Below, piece after piece: positions 10,101 through 18,000 of a stretch of 64,000 nt of DNA (position 1 is the stretch's first letter; the number at the start of each line of letters is the position of its first letter). The position numbers and the translations under genes were made by a program. This DNA is from an uncultured Candidatus Rokubacteria bacterium. Lineage in GTDB: Bacteria > Methylomirabilota > Methylomirabilia > Rokubacteriales > CSP1-6. The stretch lies in the NCBI GenBank assembly GCA_963762145.1, contig CAVXJS010000021.1, positions 896,001-960,000 on the forward strand. The letters run 5' to 3'. A model generated the notes under the pieces. The model did not search any database. It was not told the DNA's origin and saw only the letters and a list, made by a program, of their open reading frames with translations.

Positions 10101-11943
10101 TGAGCGCACTGCTGGTCTCGACCCGGCCACTCACCTTTGCTCGCAGGCGACGGGTCGGGAACGACAGGTCGCCGTCGAGCGCCGCCCCGCGCACGCGCAT
10201 CTCGGCTTGCCCGGCGCCCAGCGAGACGCCAGCCGCGGTGACCTGGTCGAGCGTGGCGCGCGCGGTCGCGGTGATCACGCCAGGGTTGATCGAGGCGTCC
10301 AGGGTGGCCCGGCCAGTGCCGCCCAGGCGCAGCGCGGGCGGAACGCCGGTGATCGCGCCGAGCGAGACCGGGCCGAGCTCAGCGTGGCTGCGGCCCGACC
10401 CGGCCCATTCCCAGACCCCGGTCGCCTCGACGGGCACCGCCGCGGCCCGCGCGCGGGCGCGGGTGATCTGGAGCCGCTTGCCGTCGACCGCGAGCGCGGC
10501 GGTGATCTGCTCGATCGCGAGCTGATCCGACCGGATGCGCGGCGACTCGATCGTGCCCTCCCATTGCGAGTCCGGGCCCGGCGACGCCGCGAGGCGGAAC
10601 GACGCCTCGATCGGCTCGACGGCGTGGCCCTGCACGACGAGCGCCGTGACCTCGGCCCGGCCCTCGACCGCCGGCGTCTGGCCGCGGCCGCTCAGGGCTG
10701 CCGAGACGGTGGCGTGCCCACTCAGGGCGCCGAGGCTCAGAGCCCGGGCGATCTCCTTCAGATCGGCGGTGAGCGTGCCGCGCACCGCCAGCGGCCGGCC
10801 TGCCGCGAGGCGGCCGCCGAGCGTGATCGCGAGGCCGCGCCAGGTCGCCTGGGCGGGCGTGAGATCGACGCCGCCGTCGCGCACGCGGCCCTCGGCGCTG
10901 GCCGTCCCGGCGCCGAGGGCGGCCAGGGATCCGGGGAGCACGACCTCGCGTAGATCGAGAGCGAGCCGGGTGCCGCCGGCGGCGTGGGGCGCCACCTCGA
11001 ACCGTCCCCGCAGTCGCCCGGTGCCGAAGCGGGCCTCGACATCGTCCAGGCGGAGCCGCTGCCCGGTCCACTCGCCATAGACGGCGATCTGGATCTTGCC
11101 CTCGATCTGCTGATCGGAGCCGGCGAGCCGCGCGAGCGCCGAGAGCTCGAGATCGCCGTCGAGGCGGAGCGCGGCCTCCGGCTCGGCCGTCCACGGATGG
11201 CGCACCTCCCCGACGAGCCGCAGCGCCTCGCCTTGCCACCGCCAGGCGAGTTGCCGGACCGTGATGACATCGGCGGAGAGCCGGCCCTGCAGCGCGACCT
11301 GGGTGAGCTGCTCCCGGCGACCGAGCGCGGCGACGCGGAGCGTCTCGATCCGACCCGAGACGTCGAGATCACCCGCGGCGGGCCGCGCGGTAACAACCGG
11401 CCCCGAGAGCTCGAGGGTCATGTCGCCGTCCGCGGTGCGGATCACGATGTCGCCGCCCTTCACGCCGACCCGCCCGATGCCGATGCGGAGCGGACCGGCC
11501 TCGAACGAGTCCGGCAGGGGGAAGAGATCGGGTCCATCGCCGATCGTGGCCGGGACCGTGGCGTCGAGCTGGACATCGGTGGCCAGGGCCGACACCGTGA
11601 GCTGCCGGCGCCAGAGGCTCGCGATGTCGATGCTCAGGTCGATCCCCGCCGCGCGGAGCCAGGGGGCGCCGGCCGCGGCCGGGCGTGTGCCCACCTCGAG
11701 ATCCTGCAGCGACACCCGCCCGCGCCAGGGGCTCAGGTGCACGGCGCCCACGCGCGCGGGCTGCCCCAGCGCTTCCGAGAGCAGCGCCTCGACGCGCTCG
11801 CGCGTGAGCACCGGACCGTACACTCGCAGGACCACCCAGGAGGCGGCCAGGAAGAGACTCATCACGACCAGGGTGGCGAGCAACGCGGTGTGCCACCAGC
11901 GCAGCGATCTGATCCACGTCATGATGGGGCCGAGTATATCCAT
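7141..11943 (-). CDS. tamB: Translocation/assembly module TamB (AsmA-like N-terminus, DUF490-like C-terminus)
   Basis: 1600 aa; N-terminal TM anchor; beta-rich repeats; C-terminal FSSTPRLSQNDLLSLVAFG and YGADVVFRFRFR; directly upstream of the Omp85 gene. Confidence 0.85.
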   Translation of the reverse strand: MDILGPIMTWIRSLRWWHTALLATLVVMSLFLAASWVVLRVYGPVLTRERVEALLSEALGQPARVGAVHLSPWRGRVSLQDLEVGTRPAAAGAPWLRAAGIDLSIDIASLWRRQLTVSALATDVQLDATVPATIGDGPDLFPLPDSFEAGPLRIGIGRVGVKGGDIVIRTADGDMTLELSGPVVTARPAAGDLDVSGRIETLRVAALGRREQLTQVALQGRLSADVITVRQLAWRWQGEALRLVGEVRHPWTAEPEAALRLDGDLELSALARLAGSDQQIEGKIQIAVYGEWTGQRLRLDDVEARFGTGRLRGRFEVAPHAAGGTRLALDLREVVLPGSLAALGAGTASAEGRVRDGGVDLTPAQATWRGLAITLGGRLAAGRPLAVRGTLTADLKEIARALSLGALSGHATVSAALSGRGQTPAVEGRAEVTALVVQGHAVEPIEASFRLAASPGPDSQWEGTIESPRIRSDQLAIEQITAALAVDGKRLQITRARARAAAVPVEATGVWEWAGSGRSHAELGPVSLGAITGVPPALRLGGTGRATLDASINPGVITATARATLDQVTAAGVSLGAGQAEMRVRGAALDGDLSFPTRRLRAKVSGRVETSSALSSTVELDDLALQPLLRELGSGAAEHVEGRVSARGEASIALGEPASGRGVLRMTPDGLRLLGESWASQGPIVLRWEGSRVALERFQLDGLSGRLTATGVLVGAEHRALALALDHARLPGALAEIGRGQARAEIRLGDGAVELSRLDAQWPGLVAAASGQVRDDGAIAMTARVEAELARLAPALGAPGVGGRATLTADAHGRTDALEATGALRAPRIQLRGATVSDVDLPLRLTRSSLRLEKGQARLGTSRLSADASATWPLDGALTADTLARLTQIRAELRAPSARLEDVSPLLPPAAQGVGELALTARAEGTPRAWRATGTLTSPRLEMGPGPLRQLRAVFALDDTRLDVTELSVDAFGVPTRGTATWAWAGGGSAKATLGPVPLAGVTLVPPGPGLQGTGRATIDASMSSITDVTGTARAVLEDVAVAGVSLGRGQIDLSARDREYRAELSFPEPRLQASARGRVDAAGTLEAQGTIPDVDLARLTRTLGPGLAAIGGTISARATARVPLAEPQRGTGVVSIGPLRLTVANDTWESASPIQIRWAQGGFSIADFRLTAKPGGFLAGAGTVGADGKLDGRATAQLPLAMLGAMRPEIREIEGTLDLALRASGTLAAPAFIGDGAIHRGNLLLRDRPQTLHDIEARLVFSTQGVQVRDATAAMGGGRLQAQGDIALQGWQPGAYRFKLRAKDVSVGQIEGFSSAWDADLELSGITREAQLIGRARLVRGAYRRDLSVLSLVLSPAQAAAVDPGTPLRLRIRVDLDDNLVVRSRTADLRGGGVLTIEGTTARPVVFGLVESRDGRINFRGRDWSVTGITVRFADPRRLDPFLDVLATSRIAEYDVTMQVTGPLSNITVRFSSTPRLSQNDLLSLVAFGATGAVLRESPATVLLSEAGKMLAQDVFGVDPGVSGLRISTGSSAASENASEIHGFRGEERNAYNRSRNTPGARKDTVHVEYQLWAPVYLSGEYDREYGYGADVVFRFRFR

Positions 11944-12245
11944 GTCCTGGCATCGGACGCGCGCGGACCCGCTCGCTCCGGGAGCATTCGGCCCTCGTGA
12001 TCGGCAAGGCGTGCTGCCCGACTGCGGGGGAGGCGGGCGAAGGAAGGGGCAGCCGTGGAGCTTGGCGTCGGAACTAGAAGCCGACTGAGATTCGACTCTC
12101 GGGGGCCGCAGTCTTGGTACCCGATTCTCCCCTGTGACGGAGCGTGGAACGTTAGGCCAGCGCGCGCCTCACACCTAACGCTCGCCCACAATGAAGTGCA
12201 GGCCTTGCCAGCTTGCAAGCGCTGGCCCTCGCGCAACCCGATGTC

Positions 12246-12443
12246 TCAGCGGACACCTCGACTAAGACGTGGCCGATCCACGGGCGGGTTAGGTGCGCGT
12301 GTTACTTGGTCCCCGCTCGCTGACCGCTTCAGCAGAAGCTCGCTCCGCGGCGCCTCCGCTTGCATGACCTCCCGCCACATAAGCAGAGACCGAGCGCGTT
12401 GGTCGTCGTGTTCGCCTGTTTCCGAGTCGTTTCGCTTATACAT
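12246..12443 (-). CDS. Small hypothetical protein
   Basis: CAGGAG upstream of ATG 12443; no recognisable motif. Confidence 0.25.
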   Translation of the reverse strand: MYKRNDSETGEHDDQRARSLLMWREVMQAEAPRSELLLKRSASGDQVTRAPNPPVDRPRLSRGVR

Positions 12444-12562
12444 TCGCCTGCGCTCCTGTTTTGTCCGTGTCCAAGCAGATTTACACGGTAGTTCCTTCCG
12501 CTCCCATGAGGGAAACGCGAGCACTTTGGCAAACTCGCGCTCTTGCGTCGTAATCGCCCGCA

Positions 12563-12579
12563 TGGCATGGGCTATGCCA
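12563..12579. promoter_or_regulatory. Palindromic sigma54-like promoter
   Basis: TGGCATGGGCTATGCCA gives GG-N10-GC on both strands. Confidence 0.45.
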
Positions 12580-12647
12580 GCTCTCTCGGATCAAGTGCGT
12601 CGTGTCCCATGAGCGGCAGTGTTTCAGACTGAGGGAGGGCATGAGTC

Positions 12648-12836
12648 ATGAAGGCACGGATGATCGTGTTCGTGATCGGCATCGCCCCCGCGGTCCTCGG
12701 ATGCGCGAGCAATGAGGTACGGGACGACCAGTTCTCGCGCGCCGGTGGGGCAAGTTACAACTCACCTGCGAGTGCCCCGATTTCAGGCTGGTACGGCGCG
12801 ATCACCGTGAGCCCTGGGCAGGTATTCGAGAACTAA
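12648..12836 (+). CDS. Small lipoprotein
   Basis: GGAGGG RBS; signal peptide with lipobox VLGC. Confidence 0.55.
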   Translation: MKARMIVFVIGIAPAVLGCASNEVRDDQFSRAGGASYNSPASAPISGWYGAITVSPGQVFEN

Positions 12837-12858
12837 GTAGGAGGGCGGTGTACCACTC

Positions 12859-12905
12859 GCCCCGAAAGACGGTGGGCCGCCCTCAGAGGGTGCCCTTCGA
12901 GCTCT
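12859..12905. repeat. Palindromic REP-like element, copy 3
   Basis: GCCCCGAAAG...GGGCCGCCCTCAGAGGGTGCCCTTCGAGCTCT. Confidence 0.45.
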
Positions 12906-13478
12906 GGTGTTCACGATAATGCGGTGCCTTCGCGCAGCAGCACGTTGACCATGTTGCGAAGGACATCTAGGTTGACGGCTTCTCAAGCATCGGCTCAGTG
13001 GTTCCTTGCCGAAGAGCGGCGTGCTCGCCGGTTCCCTTTAGGCGATTGCCGGTCCATGTCCCACCCAGGGCTCCCGGCCCTTCACGGGCGCCTGCGTGAG
13101 GCTACAGACTACGGCTTCACGTCCGGGTATCTCGGCCTCAGTGCCTCAACCGTCTCCGTGTATAGCTGATTGGCCTTGATCTGATCGAGTTCTTTCTGCC
13201 AGGTCTTGGACTCTCCGGTGGGGACCAGTCAGCCGAACCTATATCACCCACGTCGCCATTGTCATGGTCCTCCTAGAATCACCGTAGTGACCAATAACTT
13301 GAATTTGTCTAGGCCGGCTCGCGATCTGGTGTTACGTCAAACTACTGCTCCTGCTTAGGATGACTTCGATCGGCCTCATCGAGGCGGTGATCGTGCTCCT
13401 TGGGTTTGCTTTGCACGTCGTGGCCCCATGATCCCGACGGGGTGGTCATCAGTCTCGCCGAGGTGATCGCATGACGGT

Positions 13479-15074
13479 CTACCTGGAATCGATAGCGGTC
13501 GTGACTCTCTCGACGGCGTCCTCGGCCTCGCCGCTCGTGTCGAGGCGGATCACCCCCGGCTCGTGGGCTGGCGACTCGTAGCGGGCCCGGTGTTCCGCCA
13601 GCAGCTCGCCCCGACCGTCGGAGACCTCGTGCCGGTCCTCGCCCCGGCGTCGAAGCCGTTCTACGAGGACCTCGTTGGGAGCGTCGCACCAGAGCACGGC
13701 AAACGGCAAGCCGTGGCGCTCGGCCACCGCGCGGGCCTGCGCCCGCTCCGCGACATGCGAGAAGCTGCCGTCGACGATGACGGGCCAGCCGGCCTGGAGC
13801 AGCTCATCGGCTAGCCGCGCCGCCTCAACATACGTCCGCCGTCCCATCTCGGAAGCGTAGAGCCCTTCCCCGAAGGCCGGCGCTACCCGTTCGCGCAGCG
13901 GCACGCCGGCGAGCCGCTTCCGAACCCCGTCGGTCCGCACCACGATGGCGCCGAGCCGGGACGCGACGAGGCGCGCGGCGGTGCTCTTGCCAGTGCCCAT
14001 GACGCCGGTGGTGATCACCAGGCGCGGGCGCCGGCGGGGCGCGGCGAAGCGCCCGGCCAGCTCGAACAGGGCCCGGGCCTCGTCCGCGCGGTCCGCCTCG
14101 TGATCGGACGATCCGGTCACCTGGAAGGCCGTCACCTTGCCCCGCACCCACGCCCGGTAGGTACAGTAGAAGTCGAGAAGCGGCACGGCCTCGTAGTCTC
14201 CGGTCTCCTCGAGATAGGCGTTCAGGAAGCGGATCGCCAGGTCCGGGCGGCCCAGCCGCTCCAGATCCATCGTGAGAAAGGCGATCTCCCCGGCCACGTC
14301 GCCGAAGCGGAACCGGTGGTTGAACTCGATGCAGTCGAAGATCTGCACGGGTTCCGCGCAGCAGACGTGCTGAGCCTGCAGGTCGCCGTGGCAGTCGCGG
14401 CTGCGTCCCGCGGCGACCCGGGCCGCGAACCGCCCCTCCTCGCGCTCGAGGAATGTCTCCACGTATTCGCGCACGCGGCGGCGCGTCTCGTCCGCCAGGA
14501 GCTCCGGACCCACCGCGGCGGTCTGGGCGAAGTTCTCCTCCCAGTTCCGCCGGATCGTCTCGATGCCGCCGAGCTCGTCGATCTCGCCGCCGGTATCGGC
14601 GGCGGCATGGAAGCGCGCCACCGTGGACCCGATCTCGTCGAGCAGCGCCGGCGGGGCGGCGTGCGCACGCACGAGGCGATCGAGCATGCGCTCGGCGGGC
14701 AGTCGCCGCATCAGCACCGCAACCTCGATCGCACGGCCCCGCCCCTCGAAGCGCGGCGCCCGCGCGCTCCCCCTGATCTCCACGACGCCCAGGTACATGT
14801 CGGAGGTGAGGCGCCGGTTGAGCCGCACCTCATCGTGGCAGAACCGCCGCCGCCGGGCGAGCGTGGTGAAGTCGAGGAACCCGAGGCTCACCGGCTTCTT
14901 GATCTTGTACACCCGGTCCCCGGCGAGCAGGACCCACGAGATGTGTGTCTCGACGAGCTCCACGCGATGCACCGGATGCGGGTAGACGGCCGGATCAAGA
15001 AGCCGCTCGACGAGGCGGGGCCGCCGGCTCCTCTGATCAAGCCCGGAAGGCCGAGCGCCCGCCGTCACGCGCAA
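13479..15074 (-). CDS. Rv2004c-like protein: aminoglycoside-phosphotransferase-like domain plus AAA_33 P-loop kinase
   Basis: VETHISWV..YKIKKPV, CHGDL, FDCIEFN; Walker A GVMGTGKS; start uncertain. Confidence 0.9.
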   Translation of the reverse strand: MRVTAGARPSGLDQRSRRPRLVERLLDPAVYPHPVHRVELVETHISWVLLAGDRVYKIKKPVSLGFLDFTTLARRRRFCHDEVRLNRRLTSDMYLGVVEIRGSARAPRFEGRGRAIEVAVLMRRLPAERMLDRLVRAHAAPPALLDEIGSTVARFHAAADTGGEIDELGGIETIRRNWEENFAQTAAVGPELLADETRRRVREYVETFLEREEGRFAARVAAGRSRDCHGDLQAQHVCCAEPVQIFDCIEFNHRFRFGDVAGEIAFLTMDLERLGRPDLAIRFLNAYLEETGDYEAVPLLDFYCTYRAWVRGKVTAFQVTGSSDHEADRADEARALFELAGRFAAPRRRPRLVITTGVMGTGKSTAARLVASRLGAIVVRTDGVRKRLAGVPLRERVAPAFGEGLYASEMGRRTYVEAARLADELLQAGWPVIVDGSFSHVAERAQARAVAERHGLPFAVLWCDAPNEVLVERLRRRGEDRHEVSDGRGELLAEHRARYESPAHEPGVIRLDTSGEAEDAVERVTTAIDSR

Positions 15075-15096
15075 GGACGACCACCTCGCCCTCGCC

Positions 15097-15537
15097 CTAA
15101 GAGGGCTCGCGGACGGTGAGCACCGGGCAGTGGGCGAGCCTGACCACGCGATCGGCGACGCTGCCGAGCAGCACGCGGCTAATCCCGCCGCGGCCGTGGG
15201 TGCCGATCACGACCAGATCGGCCTGCTCGCCCTTGGCCAGCGTCACGATCTCCTCATGGACGACGCCGGTCCGCAACACGGCACGGGCATCGAGCCCCTC
15301 CCCGCGGGCCTTGTCCACCCAGTCCGCCAGGGCTCCCTCGGCCCACGTCCTGGCCGACTCCCGAACACTGCGTGCCGTCTCGATGCTCACCGTACCTTCC
15401 CCGTAGGTCGGTACGTCGGTGAGCACGTGGGTGAGGACCAGCTCGCTCCCTGGCGCCGCCACGGCGCGCTTGGCCACCGCCCAGGCCTCCTGCGAGCATT
15501 CCGAGAAGTCCGTCGGAACCACGATGCGCTGAAACAT
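15097..15537 (-). CDS. Universal stress protein (UspA family)
   Basis: MFQRIVVPTDFS; GTHGRGG...LLGSVADRVVR...PVLTV. Confidence 0.95.
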   Translation of the reverse strand: MFQRIVVPTDFSECSQEAWAVAKRAVAAPGSELVLTHVLTDVPTYGEGTVSIETARSVRESARTWAEGALADWVDKARGEGLDARAVLRTGVVHEEIVTLAKGEQADLVVIGTHGRGGISRVLLGSVADRVVRLAHCPVLTVREPS

Positions 15538-15738
15538 GGCAGACGCTCCTCTCCTGATGGTTGCCTTGCAAATTGCGGGCACGTGCAACGAGGGCGCCGC
15601 CTGGATCGAAGCGTTGCAGGCCCGCATATAGTCTCAGGGTACACCTTGTTCCCGCCCGGTAATCGCCACTCGGCACTCTCTTCCGGTTTCGCGCCGCCGC
15701 GAACACCGATCTCCCGGCATTAGGCCTGATCCATAGAT

Positions 15739-15754
15739 GGGCATAAGCCTTGCT
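15739..15754 (+). promoter_or_regulatory. Sigma54-like promoter upstream of the CBS gene
   Basis: GGGCATAAGCCTTGCT, GG-N10-GC with TTGC. Confidence 0.4.
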
Positions 15755-15854
15755 GCCCACCGTGCAGCGGGGCGAGACGTTGGCTGAATGCGTCAATGTA
15801 CACCGCGCCCGTCGTGGCCCGACACTCATGCGCGACCCATGAAAGGAGACTCCC

Positions 15855-16277
15855 ATGGCCGATCGCATTCGCGACGTGATGACCCCGAATCCGCAGACGC
15901 TCTCCGCGAGCGCCACCGTCCACGAGGCGGCGGAGACGATGCGCACGCACAATATCGGCGACGTAATCGCAAGCGACGATAAGGGCGGCATCGCCGGCCT
16001 CGTGACCGACCGCGACATCGTGGTGCGCGTCGTAGCTGAGGGACGCGATCCCCGCGTGACACTCATCGAGGAAATCGTCAGCCGCGACCTGACGGCAGTT
16101 TCGCCAGACGATCCAGTGGAGCGGGCGGTCGAACTCATGCGAGAGCGGGCGGTCCGTCGCCTGCCGGTGGTCAAGCGCGGCAAGGTTGTCGGCATCGTCA
16201 GCATCGGCGACCTGGCGGTCGAGCGTGACCCGCGATCGGCGCTTGCCGACATCTCCGCAGCCCCACCTAACACCTAG
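15855..16277 (+). CDS. CBS-pair protein (Hrp1/Rv2626c-like)
   Basis: IRDVMTPNP, GLVTDRDIVVR, VRRLPVV..VGIVSIGDLA; AGGAG RBS. Confidence 0.92.
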   Translation: MADRIRDVMTPNPQTLSASATVHEAAETMRTHNIGDVIASDDKGGIAGLVTDRDIVVRVVAEGRDPRVTLIEEIVSRDLTAVSPDDPVERAVELMRERAVRRLPVVKRGKVVGIVSIGDLAVERDPRSALADISAAPPNT

Positions 16278-16347
16278 GAAGGGTGAACGCGCAGTCTCGC
16301 TCATCCAGTCTGGTAGATGTTGGGGCGAGGAGTAGACATCTGCCGCG

Positions 16348-16394
16348 TCCGCCCGAAGGGGGGTTAAGGAGGGCTCTCGTCCCCTTCGGGCGGA
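16348..16394. terminator. 14-bp inverted repeat (terminator or REP-like)
   Basis: TCCGCCCGAAGGGG ... CCCCTTCGGGCGGA downstream of the CBS gene; no U-tract. Confidence 0.4.
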
Positions 16395-16503
16395 TGGCCT
16401 GACCGGTGTGCGGTCCTGAGACTCACATCTCGTCGAACGACGCCACGTGCCGATCAAGAGCGTCAGGAAAACCCAATAGTTCCCGTGCCATGATGGCTAG
16501 TGC

Positions 16504-16752
16504 ATGGTGACGCGGGGTGGCCGCAACAACCATCCGCCTTTTGGTCCTCGCAGCCGCCCCTGGATGGCCGCAGCGGTCGCGCTGAATCCGAAGCCGGCAG
16601 ACTGGACGTCCGTGCGAGTACAGAAGGAGTCGGACGGCGAGATCTTCTGGAAGATCACGACTGGACGAGGTCCCATGCCATCGTGGCGGCACCTGTCTGA
16701 CAACGACCGTTGGGCCGTCGTCCGCTACATTCGCACTCTCGGGGGGAAGTAA
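16504..16752 (+). pseudogene. Cytochrome c remnant lacking CxxCH
   Basis: C-terminal ALNPKPADWTS..SDGEIFWKITTGRGPMPSW..DRWAVVRYIRTL is typical of class I cytochromes c; heme motif absent. Confidence 0.7.
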
Positions 16753-16911
16753 CCTTGAGGTCTTCACCATGACTGGTGTCCGCTCCCGCCGCCGATCCGC
16801 CCAGCATCCGCGCCGGGCCTTTCGAGCTCCGCACGTCGCCCGCCTGATGCTACGCTCGGGACTGGGCGGCGTGAGCTCGAAGCCACCTTTGAGCCGATCG
16901 TCGATCGATCA

Positions 16912-17912
16912 CTATCCGCTCGTGCCGGCAATGGCCTTCGCCTCTCGCACCAGCTGTGCGGCATACCCCCATTCGTTGTCGTACCAACTCATCACCTTGA
17001 CCAGATCACCGTCGACGACTTGGGTAAGGGTGCAATCGATGATAGACGCGCGCGGGTCACGGATGATGTCGGTCGAGACGAGCGCCTCGTCGGAGGTACC
17101 GACGATGTCACGATAACGGTCGCTCCGCGCCTCCTCTCGGAAGATGCGGTTGACTTCATCAGCGCTGGTCGGCCGCGCGACCAAAGACACGATGTCGGCG
17201 ATGGATCCGACTGCTACTGGAGCACGGACCGCCAGGCCATCGAACCTACCCTGGTATTCGGGGAGCGCGCGGGTCGTGGCCTTCGCAGCCCCGGTCGTCG
17301 ACGGCACCAGGTTGGTGGCCGCCGCGCGTCCTCGCCGGCGGTCCTCGTCGGGTCGGTCGACGAGCGCCTGGCTTGCCGTATACGCGTGAACCGTTGTCAT
17401 GGTCGCTTTCAGAACACCGAGCCGGCGGCCGAGGATCTCGATCACGGGGGTTATACAGTTGGTCGTGCAACTGGCGCAGGAAATGATGGTCGCCCTCTCG
17501 TTGGCGCGGTTCACACCGTGGACGATGGTGGGGACATCGCCTCCTTCGATCGGCGCGGAGAGGATAACGTGCTTGGCGCCGGCCTCGACGTGACGTTCGA
17601 GTTCCGCTTGCCTGGTGAACACGCCCGTGCATTCCAGGACGATTCCCACCGCCAGGCCGCTCCATGGCAAGTTGCTCACGTTCTTCTCGTTCAGCGCGAC
17701 GCAGGACTGCCCACCGACGACGAGGCGCCCGTTCTCTGCCCGCACGTCACGCTCATACCGGCCGTACACCGAGTCGTGCTTGAGTAGGTAGGCGAGCTCT
17801 TCCGCCGAGGCGAGGTCGTTGACCGCCACCAGCTCAAACGCTCCGTCCTCGACAGCTGCTTGAACACAGCACGTCCGATCCGGCCGAGCCCATTGATCGC
17901 AATCTTGATCAT
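16912..17912 (-). CDS. gap: Type I glyceraldehyde-3-phosphate dehydrogenase, one frameshift near 17855
   Basis: MIKIAINGLGRIGR in one frame; VAVNDL...ASCTTNC...WYDNEWGY in another; adding one base joins them (KQL-VEDGAFELVAVND). Confidence 0.9.
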
Positions 17913-18000
17913 GACTCTTCCTCCGATGGCCAGAACGGCCTCGTTACGGGGACTCCGAACTCGTCCAGGAAAGGACACCCACACACTACAATGGCGCGGC

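Noticed and set aside
4462-12088. Long alternative-frame and antisense ORFs (e.g. 7790-9913, 8849-10525; also 33792-35738 and 44712-47096)
   Set aside because: Arg/Pro/Gly-rich shadows of real high-GC genes, with no motifs of their own.
12085-12112. tRNA T-loop-like GAGATTCGACTCTC
   Set aside because: The G53-C61 pair is missing and there is no complementary acceptor stem upstream.
13109-13265. AGGAGG-ATG followed by an early stop and a protein-like frame (VPTGESKTWQKELDQIKANQLY...)
   Set aside because: Possibly a pseudogene, but I cannot assign a family, so it is not called as a feature.
16439-16505. Possible fifth copy of the LysR promoter motif (CCAATAG) before the cytochrome c remnant, and CATTAGG at 15718
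   Set aside because: The distal box and the 20-nt spacing to a -10 hexamer do not match the four good copies.
17840-17865. Programmed frameshifting as the explanation for the split gap, gnd and MFS genes
   Set aside because: No slippery heptamer at the sites and no precedent that I know of in these families; error or decay is simpler.
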